A stretch of DNA of 64,000 nt, taken from NCBI GenBank assembly GCA_965205265.1, contig CBDBGH010000003.1:1920001-1984000 (forward strand), written 5' to 3'. This document shows, piece by piece, positions 52,439 to 62,395 of this stretch (position 1 is its first letter; every line of letters begins with the position of its first letter). A model generated the notes under the pieces. It did no database searches, was not told where the DNA came from, and worked only from the letters and a program-made list of their open reading frames with translations. The translations under genes were made by a program, and so were the position numbers. Source of the stretch: Alphaproteobacteria bacterium. Lineage in GTDB: Bacteria; Pseudomonadota; Alphaproteobacteria; Bin95.

Positions 52439-52606
52439 ACAATTTTTGTGCTTTTCTGCCATCACGTTGATAATAAAGGAAAATTTTCTGGATTTCGTGC
52501 CACCCCTCATCCGTAGCCCCGGCCCGGGCGCGGCTTTCCGAGACCGGCTCCCCCCCGCCCGTTCGATTGCTGCCATAATGGCGGCGACGGGACGGGAGGG
52601 AGACCT

Positions 52607-53377
52607 GTGGGCGCACTCGACGGCAAGGCGATTCTGGTTACGGGGGCGGCTTCGGGCATCGGGCGGGCGACGGCGCTGGCCGCGGCCGCGGCCGGCGCTT
52701 CGGTGCTCGCGACCGACATCGACGAGGCGGGCGGGCGCGAGACCGCCGAGCGGGCCGGCGGGCGCTTCATGCAACAGGACGTGACCGACGAGGCGCGCTG
52801 GCGGGAGGTCGCCGCCGAAGCGGACCCCCTGCACGGGCTGGTCAACAATGCCGGCATCGCCATCCTGCGCCCGCTGCTGGAAACCAGCCTCGAGGACTGG
52901 CGCAGGCAGCAGGCGGTCAATGTCGAGGGCGTGTTCCTCGGCGTGAAACACATCCTGCCGGTCATCCGGGATTCGGGCGGCGGCTCCATCGTCAACCTCT
53001 CCTCGGTCGCCGGGCTGCGCGGCAACAGCGTCGGCCTTGCCTGCTACAGCGCCACCAAGGGCGCGGTCTGCCTGTTCACCAAATCGGCCGCGCTGGAGAG
53101 CGCCCGGCGCGGCTGGAACGTGCGGGTGAACTCGGTCCATCCCGGCATCATCGACACGCCGATCTGGGAGCGGATGGCCGAGAGCGGCCCCTCGCCCTTC
53201 AACGACCCGAACGCCTCGACCGACCCCGTGGAACGCGCCGCCAGCCGGGTTCCGGGCGGACAGCCCGGCAGCCCGGAGAACATCGCGGACGGCATCGTGT
53301 TCCTGCTTTCCGACGCCTCGACCCACATGACGGGCTCCGAACTCGTCATCGACCACGGCATGACTGCCGGCGTGTGA
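52607..53377 (+). CDS. SDR-family oxidoreductase
   Basis: TGAASGIG, NNAG, YSATK, RVNSVHPG. Confidence 0.9.
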   Translation: MGALDGKAILVTGAASGIGRATALAAAAAGASVLATDIDEAGGRETAERAGGRFMQQDVTDEARWREVAAEADPLHGLVNNAGIAILRPLLETSLEDWRRQQAVNVEGVFLGVKHILPVIRDSGGGSIVNLSSVAGLRGNSVGLACYSATKGAVCLFTKSAALESARRGWNVRVNSVHPGIIDTPIWERMAESGPSPFNDPNASTDPVERAASRVPGGQPGSPENIADGIVFLLSDASTHMTGSELVIDHGMTAGV

Positions 53378-53416
53378 CGCGCCCGACAGGACCGACGTGG
53401 AAGGCCCGACCCGCCC

Positions 53417-54463
53417 ATGCGCATATTCACCACCCTGCCGCAGAACGACCTGAACGAAGTGTCCGCAGCGGCTGCCGAAGCCGAAGCCGCCGGGTTCGAC
53501 GGCGTGCTGACGATGGAGAACCGCCACGACCCGTTCCTGGCGCACGCCGTCGCCGCGACCGCCACGAAGCGGATCGAGCTCGGCACCGCCGTCGCCATCG
53601 CCTTTCCGCGCAGCCCGATGGTGGTGGCGAACGCCTGCTGGGACCTGCAGACCGCCTCGAAGGGCCGTTTCGCGCTCGGCATCGGGCCGCAGATCCGCCC
53701 GCATAACGAGAAGCGCTTCTCGGTGCCCTGGACCGCGCCGGTGCCGCGGCTGCGCGAATATGTGCAGGCGCTCCGCGCGATCTGGCGAAGCTGGGAGACC
53801 GGCGAGCGGCTGCGCTTCGAGGGCGAGCACTACACCTTCACCCTGATGACGCCGAACTTCACTCCGGCATCGACGGGCCAGCCCATGGTGCCCGTCACCC
53901 TCGCGGCGGTCGGCGATTATTCGCTCCGCCTCTCGGGCGAGCTGGCGGACGGCGTGCGGCTCCACGGCTTCTGCACGAGGCGCTATCTGGAGGAAGCCTG
54001 CCTGCCGCGCATCGCCGAGGGCATGGCGCGGACGGGCCGCAGGCGCGAATGCTTCGAGGTGACCGGCGGCGGCTTCATCGCCACCGGCGCCGACGACGAG
54101 GAAGTGGCCAAGGCCGTCGAGTGGGTGCGCTACCGGGTCGCCTTCTACGGCTCGACGCCGAGCTACTGGCCGGTGCTGGACCTGCACGGCCTCGGCGACC
54201 TCGGACGCAAGCTCAACCGCATGACCAAGGACGGCGCCTGGGACAGGATCGCCGCCGAGGTCGATGACGACACGGTGCGCCTGTTCGCCGCCGTCGGCCG
54301 GCATGACGAGCTTGCCGGCGCCGTCGAGGAACGCTTCGGCGGGGCGGCGGACGCCATCTACGCCAGCCTCTCCATGGACATGCGCCCCGCGCTGCCGCCC
54401 GACCTGATCCAGGACATCCGCCGCCTGCCCACCGCCTTCAGGGGCTATGACACAGCCTGGTGA
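53417..54463 (+). CDS. LLM-class probable F420-dependent oxidoreductase (TIGR03617-like)
   Basis: ENRHDPF, IAFPRSP, GRFALGIG.Q, FTLMTPNF, AFYGSTPSY. Confidence 0.82.
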   Translation: MRIFTTLPQNDLNEVSAAAAEAEAAGFDGVLTMENRHDPFLAHAVAATATKRIELGTAVAIAFPRSPMVVANACWDLQTASKGRFALGIGPQIRPHNEKRFSVPWTAPVPRLREYVQALRAIWRSWETGERLRFEGEHYTFTLMTPNFTPASTGQPMVPVTLAAVGDYSLRLSGELADGVRLHGFCTRRYLEEACLPRIAEGMARTGRRRECFEVTGGGFIATGADDEEVAKAVEWVRYRVAFYGSTPSYWPVLDLHGLGDLGRKLNRMTKDGAWDRIAAEVDDDTVRLFAAVGRHDELAGAVEERFGGAADAIYASLSMDMRPALPPDLIQDIRRLPTAFRGYDTAW

Positions 54464-56309
54464 CATCGGCGCAATTGCGGCTCACCCCGCCGCCGGGCAG
54501 GGCGGACGGAGCCGGCGGCTTTCGCTCTCCTGGCTGCTGGCGCTCAGCTTCGGCTCGCTGATCGCGGTCTCGATCCTGGTGGTGCTGGGCTTCGCCGTCT
54601 ATGGCGGGGCGCGCAACACGGTGGACCTGCTGCGGGACCGGGCCGACCTCGGAATCGGGGTGCTGACGATGGAGGTCGAGGGCCTGCTGGAATCGGCGGC
54701 CTACCAGGCCGGCTTCGTGGCCCGGGCGCTGGAGACCGGCGAGGCCGACCCCGAGGATCCGGAGCAGGTGACCGCGCTCCTGTTCGGCGCGATGGCGGCC
54801 GACCCCGCCATCGGCGCCCTCGCCTTCATGAGGGCCGATGGACGCACGCTCATCGCCGAGAGAACGGAGACCCTGGCGAAGATACGGACCCCGGACTTCT
54901 CGAACGACGGGGCGGCGCAGGCCGCGCTCCGCTACGGCCGGGCGAACCGGGAGCCCGTCTGGATGCCGCCGATCTACCGGCCGGACTACGATTCCTCGAT
55001 CCTCACCCTCCAGATTCCCATTTACAGGAACGACCGGTTCGAGGGCATGGTGGCGGCGGTGCTGGGCATGAAGGCGCTCTCCGAATTCCTTGAACGACTC
55101 GGCGACGACAGCGCGCCGAACACTTTCGTGCTCTACGGCAAGGAGAGGGTGCTGGCCCATCGGCTCATGGCGCCCGGCTATCCCGGCCTGTCGCTCAGCG
55201 CGCCCCTGCCGGCGCTCGCCGGCTTCGGGGACGCGGTCCTTGCGGATATGTGGAGGCCCGGGGCCATGCGCCCGGCCACGATAAGGGCCCGGCCGCCCCT
55301 GATGAGCCATCTCGTGGAGGCGGGCGGGAACGACTACCTGTTCCTCTACCGCGAGCTCGGCGCCTACACCGCGACCCCGCTCATCGTCGGGGCCTATTTC
55401 CACACCGAAGTCATAGGCGCCGAGATAAACCGCCTGCTCTACTCCATTGTCGTCGGCCTCGCGGCGCTCCTGCTTGCGGTCGGGCTCGCGCTGTTCATCG
55501 GCAGGCGGCTCGCGCGCCCCGTCCTGCGGCTTTCCTCGGTCGCGCGCCTCATCGGCGAATTGCGCCTGGAGGACATCCACAACCTGCCGGCGAGCCGGGT
55601 CCGCGAACTCGACGAGCAGTCGAACGCCTTCAATGCGATGGCGGGCGCGCTGCGCTGGTTCCAGGCCTATGTGCCACGCTCGCTGGTCCACCAGCTGATG
55701 CGCGAGGGCGACCTCGCCTCGCTGGCGTCGGACCGGCGCAATGTTACCGTGATGTTCAGCGACATCGCCGGCTATTCGACGATCTCCGAAGGCAAGAGCG
55801 CGGCCGAGGTCGCAGCCCTGCTCAACCGCCATTTCGGCATATTGACCGCCGCCATCGAGGCGGAGGGCGGCACGGTGGACAAGTTCATCGGCGACAGCGT
55901 GATGGCCTTCTGGGGGGCGCCGGAAAAGCAGAAGAACCGCGCCATCCGCGCCTGCCGGGCGGCGCTCGCTATCCGGGACGGCATCGCCGCCGACAACCGC
56001 GAGCGGGAGGCCCGCGGCGAGCCGCCCGTCCGCCTGCGCCTCGGCATCCATTCCGGGCAGGCCACGGCCGGCAATATCGGCGCGCCGAGCCGCGTCAACT
56101 ACACCGTCATCGGCGACGATGTGAATATCGCGCAAAGGCTGGAACAGATCGGCAAGGAGGTTTCGCCCGACGCCGAGGTGGCGATCACCGTCAGCGCCTC
56201 GACGGTGGCCGATCTGGACGGGCTGTTCGAGGTAGAGCCGGTGGGCGAGATGGAGGTCAAGGGCCGCGCCGCGCCCGTCGCCGTCTATCGGCTTGTCGGG
56301 CCGGCCTGA
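54447..56309 (+). CDS. Membrane class III adenylate/guanylate cyclase with periplasmic sensor and HAMP domains
   Basis: Two TM segments; VMFSDIAGY, DKFIGD, RLGIHSG, YTVIGD.VN.A.RLE, VKGR. Confidence 0.9.
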   Translation: MTQPGDIGAIAAHPAAGQGGRSRRLSLSWLLALSFGSLIAVSILVVLGFAVYGGARNTVDLLRDRADLGIGVLTMEVEGLLESAAYQAGFVARALETGEADPEDPEQVTALLFGAMAADPAIGALAFMRADGRTLIAERTETLAKIRTPDFSNDGAAQAALRYGRANREPVWMPPIYRPDYDSSILTLQIPIYRNDRFEGMVAAVLGMKALSEFLERLGDDSAPNTFVLYGKERVLAHRLMAPGYPGLSLSAPLPALAGFGDAVLADMWRPGAMRPATIRARPPLMSHLVEAGGNDYLFLYRELGAYTATPLIVGAYFHTEVIGAEINRLLYSIVVGLAALLLAVGLALFIGRRLARPVLRLSSVARLIGELRLEDIHNLPASRVRELDEQSNAFNAMAGALRWFQAYVPRSLVHQLMREGDLASLASDRRNVTVMFSDIAGYSTISEGKSAAEVAALLNRHFGILTAAIEAEGGTVDKFIGDSVMAFWGAPEKQKNRAIRACRAALAIRDGIAADNREREARGEPPVRLRLGIHSGQATAGNIGAPSRVNYTVIGDDVNIAQRLEQIGKEVSPDAEVAITVSASTVADLDGLFEVEPVGEMEVKGRAAPVAVYRLVGPA

Positions 56310-56384
56310 CGGCCGACGCTTCCCTCGCCCTGCAATCGCTGCGATAAAGTCTTGACGACGGACGAAGGACAGGGAACGGAACCC

Positions 56385-57239
56385 ATGCCCGACGATCTTG
56401 CGGATATCCGCAGCCATATCGGCACGCGCCAGGCCGACAGCGATGTGGCGACGGCGGCCCCGGTGCTGCTGTTCCAGAAGACCCTTGGGCGCCAGGACCT
56501 GGAGCCGGAGGAGGGCGCCGCGATCCCGCCGGGCTGGCACATGTTGTATTTCCTCCCCCGCTTCGAGCAGGCGGAGCTTGGGCCGGACGGCGCGCCCGCC
56601 ACCTCCGGCGTCATCCCGGAAATGCCCTTCCCGCGCCGCATGTATGCCGGCACGCGCCTCGCCTTCCACGAACCGATCCGTATCGGCGACCGGCTGCGCC
56701 GGGAGACGGAGCTTGTGGACCTGACCGTCAAGGACGGCAGCACCGGCCGGCTTGCTTTCGCGACGGTCGAAAGCCGCATCTCCACGCCGCGCGGCCTGGC
56801 CGTGGTCGAGCAGCGCGACACGGTCTATCGCGAGGAGACGCCCGCCGGCGCCGCCAACAGGGCGCCGAAGCGCGCTGCACCGCCGGCCGATACGGTCTGG
56901 GAGGCGGAGGAGCGCCCGGACGAGGTCACGCTGTTCCGCTTCTCGGCGCTCACCTTCAACGCCCACCGCATCCATTACGACGCCGTCTGGGCGAAGGAGG
57001 TGGAGGGCTATCCGGCGCTGGTGGTCCACGGGCCGCTCTCGCAGTCCTACCTGATGAACTTCGCCCGCGATTGCATGGCGCCGAAGCGCATGACCTCCTT
57101 CGACATGCGGGCGCGCGCGCCGCTCTTCATCGACGGGCCGGTGCGGCTCGTCGGCAAGCCGGTCGAAGACGGCTGCGAGGTCTGGGCGACGACGCCGGAG
57201 GGCACCATAGCGATGAGCGCAACCGCCGGCTTCGCCTGA
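56385..57239 (+). CDS. Double hot-dog (MaoC-like) acyl-CoA hydratase/dehydratase
   Basis: PPGWH, RRMYAG, LFRFSALTFNAHRIHYD, LVVHGPL. Confidence 0.82.
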   Translation: MPDDLADIRSHIGTRQADSDVATAAPVLLFQKTLGRQDLEPEEGAAIPPGWHMLYFLPRFEQAELGPDGAPATSGVIPEMPFPRRMYAGTRLAFHEPIRIGDRLRRETELVDLTVKDGSTGRLAFATVESRISTPRGLAVVEQRDTVYREETPAGAANRAPKRAAPPADTVWEAEERPDEVTLFRFSALTFNAHRIHYDAVWAKEVEGYPALVVHGPLSQSYLMNFARDCMAPKRMTSFDMRARAPLFIDGPVRLVGKPVEDGCEVWATTPEGTIAMSATAGFA

Positions 57240-57280
57240 GGCCCGGCGAGGGGAACGAGGAACGACCGGGAGAGAGCAAC

Positions 57281-58129
57281 ATGGCAGAGCAGCTTCAGAC
57301 CCGTCCGCTCGGCGGCGCGCTGGGCCTCGAAGTGACCGGCGTCGATCTGTCGGGGCCGATCGGCGAGGACATGTTCGACGAGATCAAGGAGCATTTCTGG
57401 CAGAACCCGGTTCTCGTCTTCCGCGACCAGGATCTGGACGCGCACAGCCTCGCCGCGCTCGGCAAGCGCTTCGGGCCGCTCCAGCTCCATGTGCTGGTCG
57501 ATTACCGCCATGAGGAGGTGCCGGAGGTCTCCTGGCTCACAAACGTGAAGAAGGACGGCTCGGTCGACGAGGTGGGCTACAAGCGCGCAACGAGTTGGCA
57601 TTCGGACGGCACCTTCGAAGAACACCCTCCCGCCGTAGCAATCCTGCACGCCAAGGAGATCCCGTCCAAGGGCGGCGGCACCCTGTTCTGCAACATGATC
57701 CGGGCCTATGAGACGCTGCCCGACGAGACGCGGGCGCGCATCCAGGGCCTGACCGGGCGCCACCTCTACGCGGCCGGCCGCGGCGGCAACGAGACCGTCC
57801 CGCTCAAGGACTACCAGAAGGGGACGCTGCCCGAGGTCCATCACCCGGTCGTGCGCACGCACCCCGAGAGCGGCCGCAAAATGCTCTATGTGAACGACAT
57901 CCACACATTCGGCTTCGTGGAAATCGACGGTGAGGAAGGCGAGACGCTGCTGAACGATCTGCTCGACCACGCCACGCGGGACGAGTTCGTCTATCACCAC
58001 CGCTGGAGCCACGGCGATGTGGTGATGTGGGACGAACGCGCCACCATGCACCGGGGCGCCGGCGACTACGCACCGACGGAACGCCGGATCATGCTGCGCA
58101 CGATCTCGTTCGGGGAGAGGCCTGAGTGA
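57281..58129 (+). CDS. TauD/TfdA family Fe(II)/2-oxoglutarate dioxygenase
   Basis: VLVFRDQ, WHSD, HPVVRTHPESG, WD.R.T.HR. Confidence 0.9.
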   Translation: MAEQLQTRPLGGALGLEVTGVDLSGPIGEDMFDEIKEHFWQNPVLVFRDQDLDAHSLAALGKRFGPLQLHVLVDYRHEEVPEVSWLTNVKKDGSVDEVGYKRATSWHSDGTFEEHPPAVAILHAKEIPSKGGGTLFCNMIRAYETLPDETRARIQGLTGRHLYAAGRGGNETVPLKDYQKGTLPEVHHPVVRTHPESGRKMLYVNDIHTFGFVEIDGEEGETLLNDLLDHATRDEFVYHHRWSHGDVVMWDERATMHRGAGDYAPTERRIMLRTISFGERPE

Positions 58130-58989
58130 ACGGGTCCTTCGCCAAGGCCGTCCTGCTGACCGGGGCGGCCGGCGGGCTCGGCACGGCGATGGCCGAGGCG
58201 CTCGCCGGCGATGGGCACAGGCTTGCGCTGGTGGACCGCGACGAAGAGCGCCTGCAGGCGCTGACGAACCGGCTCTGGCAACAATATGGCGACGGCGTGG
58301 TGCTGCCGCTGGCGCTCGATCTCACCGACGAGGAGGCCTGCGCGGAGGCCGTCGGGCGCGCGGCCGAACGCTTCGGGCGGCTCGACATATTGGTGAACAA
58401 TGCCGGCATCGGCATGAGCACGCTGCGCGCCGACTACCATATCCGTCCGCTTGCGGCGCTCAGCGAGGTCTCGGTCGAAGACTGGCAACGCTTCCTCGCC
58501 GTCCACGCCACCGCGCCCTTCGTCTTCATGCGCGCCGCCGCCCCTTTCATGCAGGAGCGCGGCTGGGGCCGGATCGTCAATGTCACCACCTCGCTCTCAA
58601 CCATGCTCCGGCCGCAGTTCTTCCCCTATGGCGCATCGAAGGCGGCGCTGGAAGCGATGTCATCCCAGTTCGCCGGCGAGCTGGAAGGCAGCGGCATCAC
58701 CGTGAATGTACTCACGCCCGGCGGCCCAACCGACACGCCGATGGTGACGGAGGAGAGCGCGCCGGACAGGAGCGCCCTGCTCTCTCCCGCGGTGATGGCC
58801 CCGCCGATCCGCTTCCTCGCCTCCGAGATTTCCGACGGCTTCACCGGCCGGCGGATCATCGCCGCGCTTTGGGACAAGCGCATCGCGCCCGTGGACTCCG
58901 CCATGAACGCCGGCGGCCCGATCGGCTGGCCCGGCACGGGACCGCCCGCCATCTGGCCGGAGAGCCTGCCGGGGGCCGAGCGCGCCTGA
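58126..58989 (+). CDS. SDR-family oxidoreductase
   Basis: TGAAGGLG, NNAG, YGASK. Confidence 0.88.
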   Translation: MNGSFAKAVLLTGAAGGLGTAMAEALAGDGHRLALVDRDEERLQALTNRLWQQYGDGVVLPLALDLTDEEACAEAVGRAAERFGRLDILVNNAGIGMSTLRADYHIRPLAALSEVSVEDWQRFLAVHATAPFVFMRAAAPFMQERGWGRIVNVTTSLSTMLRPQFFPYGASKAALEAMSSQFAGELEGSGITVNVLTPGGPTDTPMVTEESAPDRSALLSPAVMAPPIRFLASEISDGFTGRRIIAALWDKRIAPVDSAMNAGGPIGWPGTGPPAIWPESLPGAERA

Positions 58990-59100
58990 TCCGGCGCGGC
59001 GGAATGCTGCACCGCAAAAAGCCCCGCGCCGCTTGACTTGGCCGGCGCCCGAACCCTAAAAGCCGCCCTTGCCCGTCAACCCGAGCCTGCGGAGGTCCCC

Positions 59101-59850
59101 TTGAAGGTCCTCGTCCCCGTCAAGCGCGTCATCGACTACAATGTGAAGATCCGGGTGAAGCCGGACGGCACCGGCGTCGAGACCCGGAATGTGAAGATGT
59201 CGATGAACCCGTTCGACGAAATCTCCGTCGAACAGGCCATCCGGATGAAGGAAAACGGCTCGGCCGAGGAGATCGTGGCGGTTTCCATCGGCGTGCAGCA
59301 ATGCCAGGAGACCATCCGCACCGCGCTCGCCATGGGCGCGGACCGGGGCATCCTGGTCGTCACCGAGGACGAGGTGGAGCCGCTCGCCGTCGCCAAGATG
59401 CTGAAGGCGATCTGCGAGAAGGAAGAGCCGGGCATGGTCATTCTCGGCAAGCAGGCCATCGACGACGACTGCAACCAGACGGGCCAGATGCTCTCCGCCC
59501 TGCTCGGCTGGTCTCAGGCGACCTTCGCCTCCGAGGTCGCGATAGACGGCGGCAAGGCCCGCGTCACCCGCGAGGTCGATGGCGGGCTGGAGACGGTCGA
59601 GGTCTCGCTGCCGACCGTGGTGACGGTGGACCTGCGCCTCAACGAGCCGCGTTACGCCTCGCTGCCGAACATCATGAAGGCGAAGCGCAAGCCCATCGAC
59701 CGCATGGAGCCGGCGGACCTCGGCGTCGATACCGCGCCGCGCCTCACCGTGCTGCATGTCGGCGAGCCGGAGAAGCGGGCCGGCGGCGTCAAGGTCGAGA
59801 CCGTCGAGGAGCTCGTGCAGAAGCTCTCGACCGAAGCGAAGGTGATCTGA
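59101..59850 (+). CDS. etfB: Electron transfer flavoprotein beta subunit
   Basis: [32 protein letters not shown]. Confidence 0.95.
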   Translation: MKVLVPVKRVIDYNVKIRVKPDGTGVETRNVKMSMNPFDEISVEQAIRMKENGSAEEIVAVSIGVQQCQETIRTALAMGADRGILVVTEDEVEPLAVAKMLKAICEKEEPGMVILGKQAIDDDCNQTGQMLSALLGWSQATFASEVAIDGGKARVTREVDGGLETVEVSLPTVVTVDLRLNEPRYASLPNIMKAKRKPIDRMEPADLGVDTAPRLTVLHVGEPEKRAGGVKVETVEELVQKLSTEAKVI

Positions 59851-59854
59851 TCCC

Positions 59855-60808
59855 ATGAGCGTTCTCGTCATCGCCGAACACGACAACGCCACCTTGAAGG
59901 CGGCCACGCGCAATGCCGTGGCCGCGGCGGCCGAGATCGACGCGGATGTGCATGTGCTGGTCGCGGGCCAGGGTTGCGCCCCGGCCGCCGAGGCCGCCGC
60001 GCAGGTTGCGGGCGTCGCGAAGGTGCTCGTCGCCGAGGATGTGTCCTACGAGCATGCACTCGCGGAGAATGTGGCGAAGCTGGTGGTCGATCTCTCCGGC
60101 GGCTACGGCCATGTGCTGGCGCCGGCCACCGCCAACGGCAAGAACATCCTGCCGCGCGCCGCAGCCCTGCTGGACGTGGCGCAGATTTCGGACATTACCG
60201 AGGTCGTCTCGGCGGACACCTTCGTGCGGCCCATCTATGCCGGCAACGCCATGGCGAAGGTGCAGTCCGCCGACCCGGTCAAGCTCATCACCGTGCGCAT
60301 GACGGCGTTCGACGCGGCTGCGGCCGAGGGCGGCTCCGCCCCGGTCGAGGCGGTGTCCGGCGCGGGCAGCGTCGGGCTCTCCAGCTTCGTCGGGCGCGAG
60401 CTCACCAAATCCGAGCGCCCGGAACTCACCACCGCCGGCATCGTCGTCTCCGGCGGCCGCGGCATGGGCTCGGGCGAGAACTTCAACATTCTGGAGGCGC
60501 TCGCCGACCGGCTGGGCGCGGCGGTCGGCGCTTCGCGCGCGGCGGTGGACGCGGGCTATGTGCCGAACGACTACCAGGTGGGCCAGACCGGCAAGGTGGT
60601 CGCGCCCGAACTTTACATCGCGGTCGGCATTTCCGGCGCCATCCAGCATCTCGCCGGCATGAAGGACAGCCGGGTGATCGTCGCCATCAACAAGGACGAG
60701 GAAGCGCCGATCTTCCAGGTCGCCGATTACGGGCTGGTGGCGGACCTCTTCAAGGCCGTGCCGGAGCTGACCGACGCGCTCGACGAATACAAGGCGGAAA
60801 ACGATTGA
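59855..60808 (+). CDS. etfA: Electron transfer flavoprotein alpha subunit
   Basis: [30 protein letters not shown]. Confidence 0.95.
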   Translation: MSVLVIAEHDNATLKAATRNAVAAAAEIDADVHVLVAGQGCAPAAEAAAQVAGVAKVLVAEDVSYEHALAENVAKLVVDLSGGYGHVLAPATANGKNILPRAAALLDVAQISDITEVVSADTFVRPIYAGNAMAKVQSADPVKLITVRMTAFDAAAAEGGSAPVEAVSGAGSVGLSSFVGRELTKSERPELTTAGIVVSGGRGMGSGENFNILEALADRLGAAVGASRAAVDAGYVPNDYQVGQTGKVVAPELYIAVGISGAIQHLAGMKDSRVIVAINKDEEAPIFQVADYGLVADLFKAVPELTDALDEYKAEND

Positions 60809-60813
60809 CAGCC

Positions 60814-61707
60814 ATGCCCAGGGATCTCGACAGCGGCATCCGCAAGGTCGGCGTCATCGGCGCCGGGCAGATGGGCAGCGGCATTGCGCATGTCGCCGCG
60901 CTTTCCGGCTTCGACGTGCGCCTTGTGGACATCGCCGACGCGGCGCTGGAGCGCAGCCTTGGCGTCATCGGCGGCAATATGGACCGGCAATTGCGGCGCG
61001 GCCTGTTCGACGAGGCGGCGAAGGCCGAGGCGCTGGCGCGGATCGGGACCGGCACCGACTATGCCGCCTTCCGGGATTGCGACATCGTGATCGAGGCCGC
61101 CACGGAGAACGAGGCGGTGAAGCGCGAGGTCTTCAAGGCGCTGCTGCCGCATCTCGCCGAGGGCGCCATCGTCGCCTCGAACACCTCCTCGATCTCAATC
61201 ACGCGGCTCGCCTCCACCACCGACCGGCCGGAGCGCTTCATCGGCCTGCATTTCATGAACCCCGTGCCGATGATGACCCTGGTGGAGCTCATCCGCGGCA
61301 TCGCCACGGAGGACCGGACCTTCGACGATGTGAAGCAGTTCGCCCTCTCGCTCGGCAAGACGCCGGTGGCGGCGGAGGACTTCCCGGCCTTCATCGTCAA
61401 CCGCATCCTGCTGCCGATGATCAACGAGGCCGTCTATACGCTCTATGAGGGCGTGGGCTCCGTCGATGCCATCGACACCGGCATGCGGCTCGGCGCCAAC
61501 CACCCGATGGGGCCGCTGGAGCTGGCGGACTTCATCGGGCTCGACACCTGCCTTGCGGTGATGCAGGTGCTCTATGACGGGCTGGCGGACAGCAAATACC
61601 GCCCCTGCCCGCTGCTGGTGAAATATGTCGAGGCGGGCTGGATCGGCCGCAAGGCCGGCCGCGGCTTCTACGATTATTCCGGCGACCACCCGGTCCCGAC
61701 ACGGTAG
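60814..61707 (+). CDS. hbd: 3-hydroxybutyryl-CoA dehydrogenase
   Basis: GAGQMG.GIA, SNTSS, HFMNP, HPMGPL.LAD.IGLD. Confidence 0.9.
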   Translation: MPRDLDSGIRKVGVIGAGQMGSGIAHVAALSGFDVRLVDIADAALERSLGVIGGNMDRQLRRGLFDEAAKAEALARIGTGTDYAAFRDCDIVIEAATENEAVKREVFKALLPHLAEGAIVASNTSSISITRLASTTDRPERFIGLHFMNPVPMMTLVELIRGIATEDRTFDDVKQFALSLGKTPVAAEDFPAFIVNRILLPMINEAVYTLYEGVGSVDAIDTGMRLGANHPMGPLELADFIGLDTCLAVMQVLYDGLADSKYRPCPLLVKYVEAGWIGRKAGRGFYDYSGDHPVPTR

Positions 61708-61753
61708 GGCGCCCGGCGACCCGACCCCTTTCCCGTCATACCCGGACTCGATC

Positions 61754-62241
61754 CACGGCTGTCCGGTTTAGGTCAGGGGCCATTGTATGGCGGTTTGTTC
61801 GTTGCATTCGGGGGGTGGAGGAGCAGCCAGGCGATCAGAGCGACGGCGACCTGGATGCGCACGGCATTCTCGCTGATGCCGGGGAAGCGTTTGCTCTTGA
61901 GGTTCTGCTCGATCCACCGGAAGAACAACTCGATGGCCCGGCGCCGGCATCGCAGATCGCATGCACCTTGGCCCCGCAGGCCTTGGCCGAAAAATGCGCC
62001 TACTCGGACCCCCGCCCGCTCAGGCGCATGCCGGTCGCGTCGATCAGGTAGACCGCCTCGCCGATCTTGCGCCGCAGGCCCCAATGGACATGACCGACCG
62101 TCTCGGCGAACAGCGCGGTGAACAACGCTGCCAGGCGCATGGCATTGAGGCTCCTCTGTGTCCAAAACGTCCGCAAACGCTTGGACGCCAGTAGAATCAA
62201 TGCCATGCAACCCGTCCACAAAAATAAACCGGACAACCCTG
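61754..62241 (-). mobile_element. Internally deleted IS4-family element (488 bp) with both TIRs, inside a REP-like doublet
   Basis: TIRs CACGGCTGTCCGGTTTA / TAAACCGGACAACCCTG; transposase scraps LRRKIGEAVYLIDAT and IELFFRWIEQNLK..RF.GISENAVRIQ. Confidence 0.8.
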
Positions 62242-62395
62242 GAACAAGGCCGGGCGCGACGGGAAAAGGATTCGGGGTAACGCCTTCAGTCCCGCCCCGA
62301 AGCCCCCGGACGCCGCAAACAGCCAATTCTCAAACGGTCTCTGAGAATGCCTGCCGCGGTCCCGGGCGCGGGGCGCCGGCGGTATCGAGCTGGAA

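Noticed and set aside
52209-52516. ORFs running through the MITE (VIPGLVPGI...)
   Set aside because: Typical shadow translation of REP palindromes, open on both strands, with no convincing RBS
62326-62348. ATTCTCAAACGGTCTCTGAGAAT as another IS end
   Set aside because: Only a short hairpin; no partner TIR or transposase remnant identified
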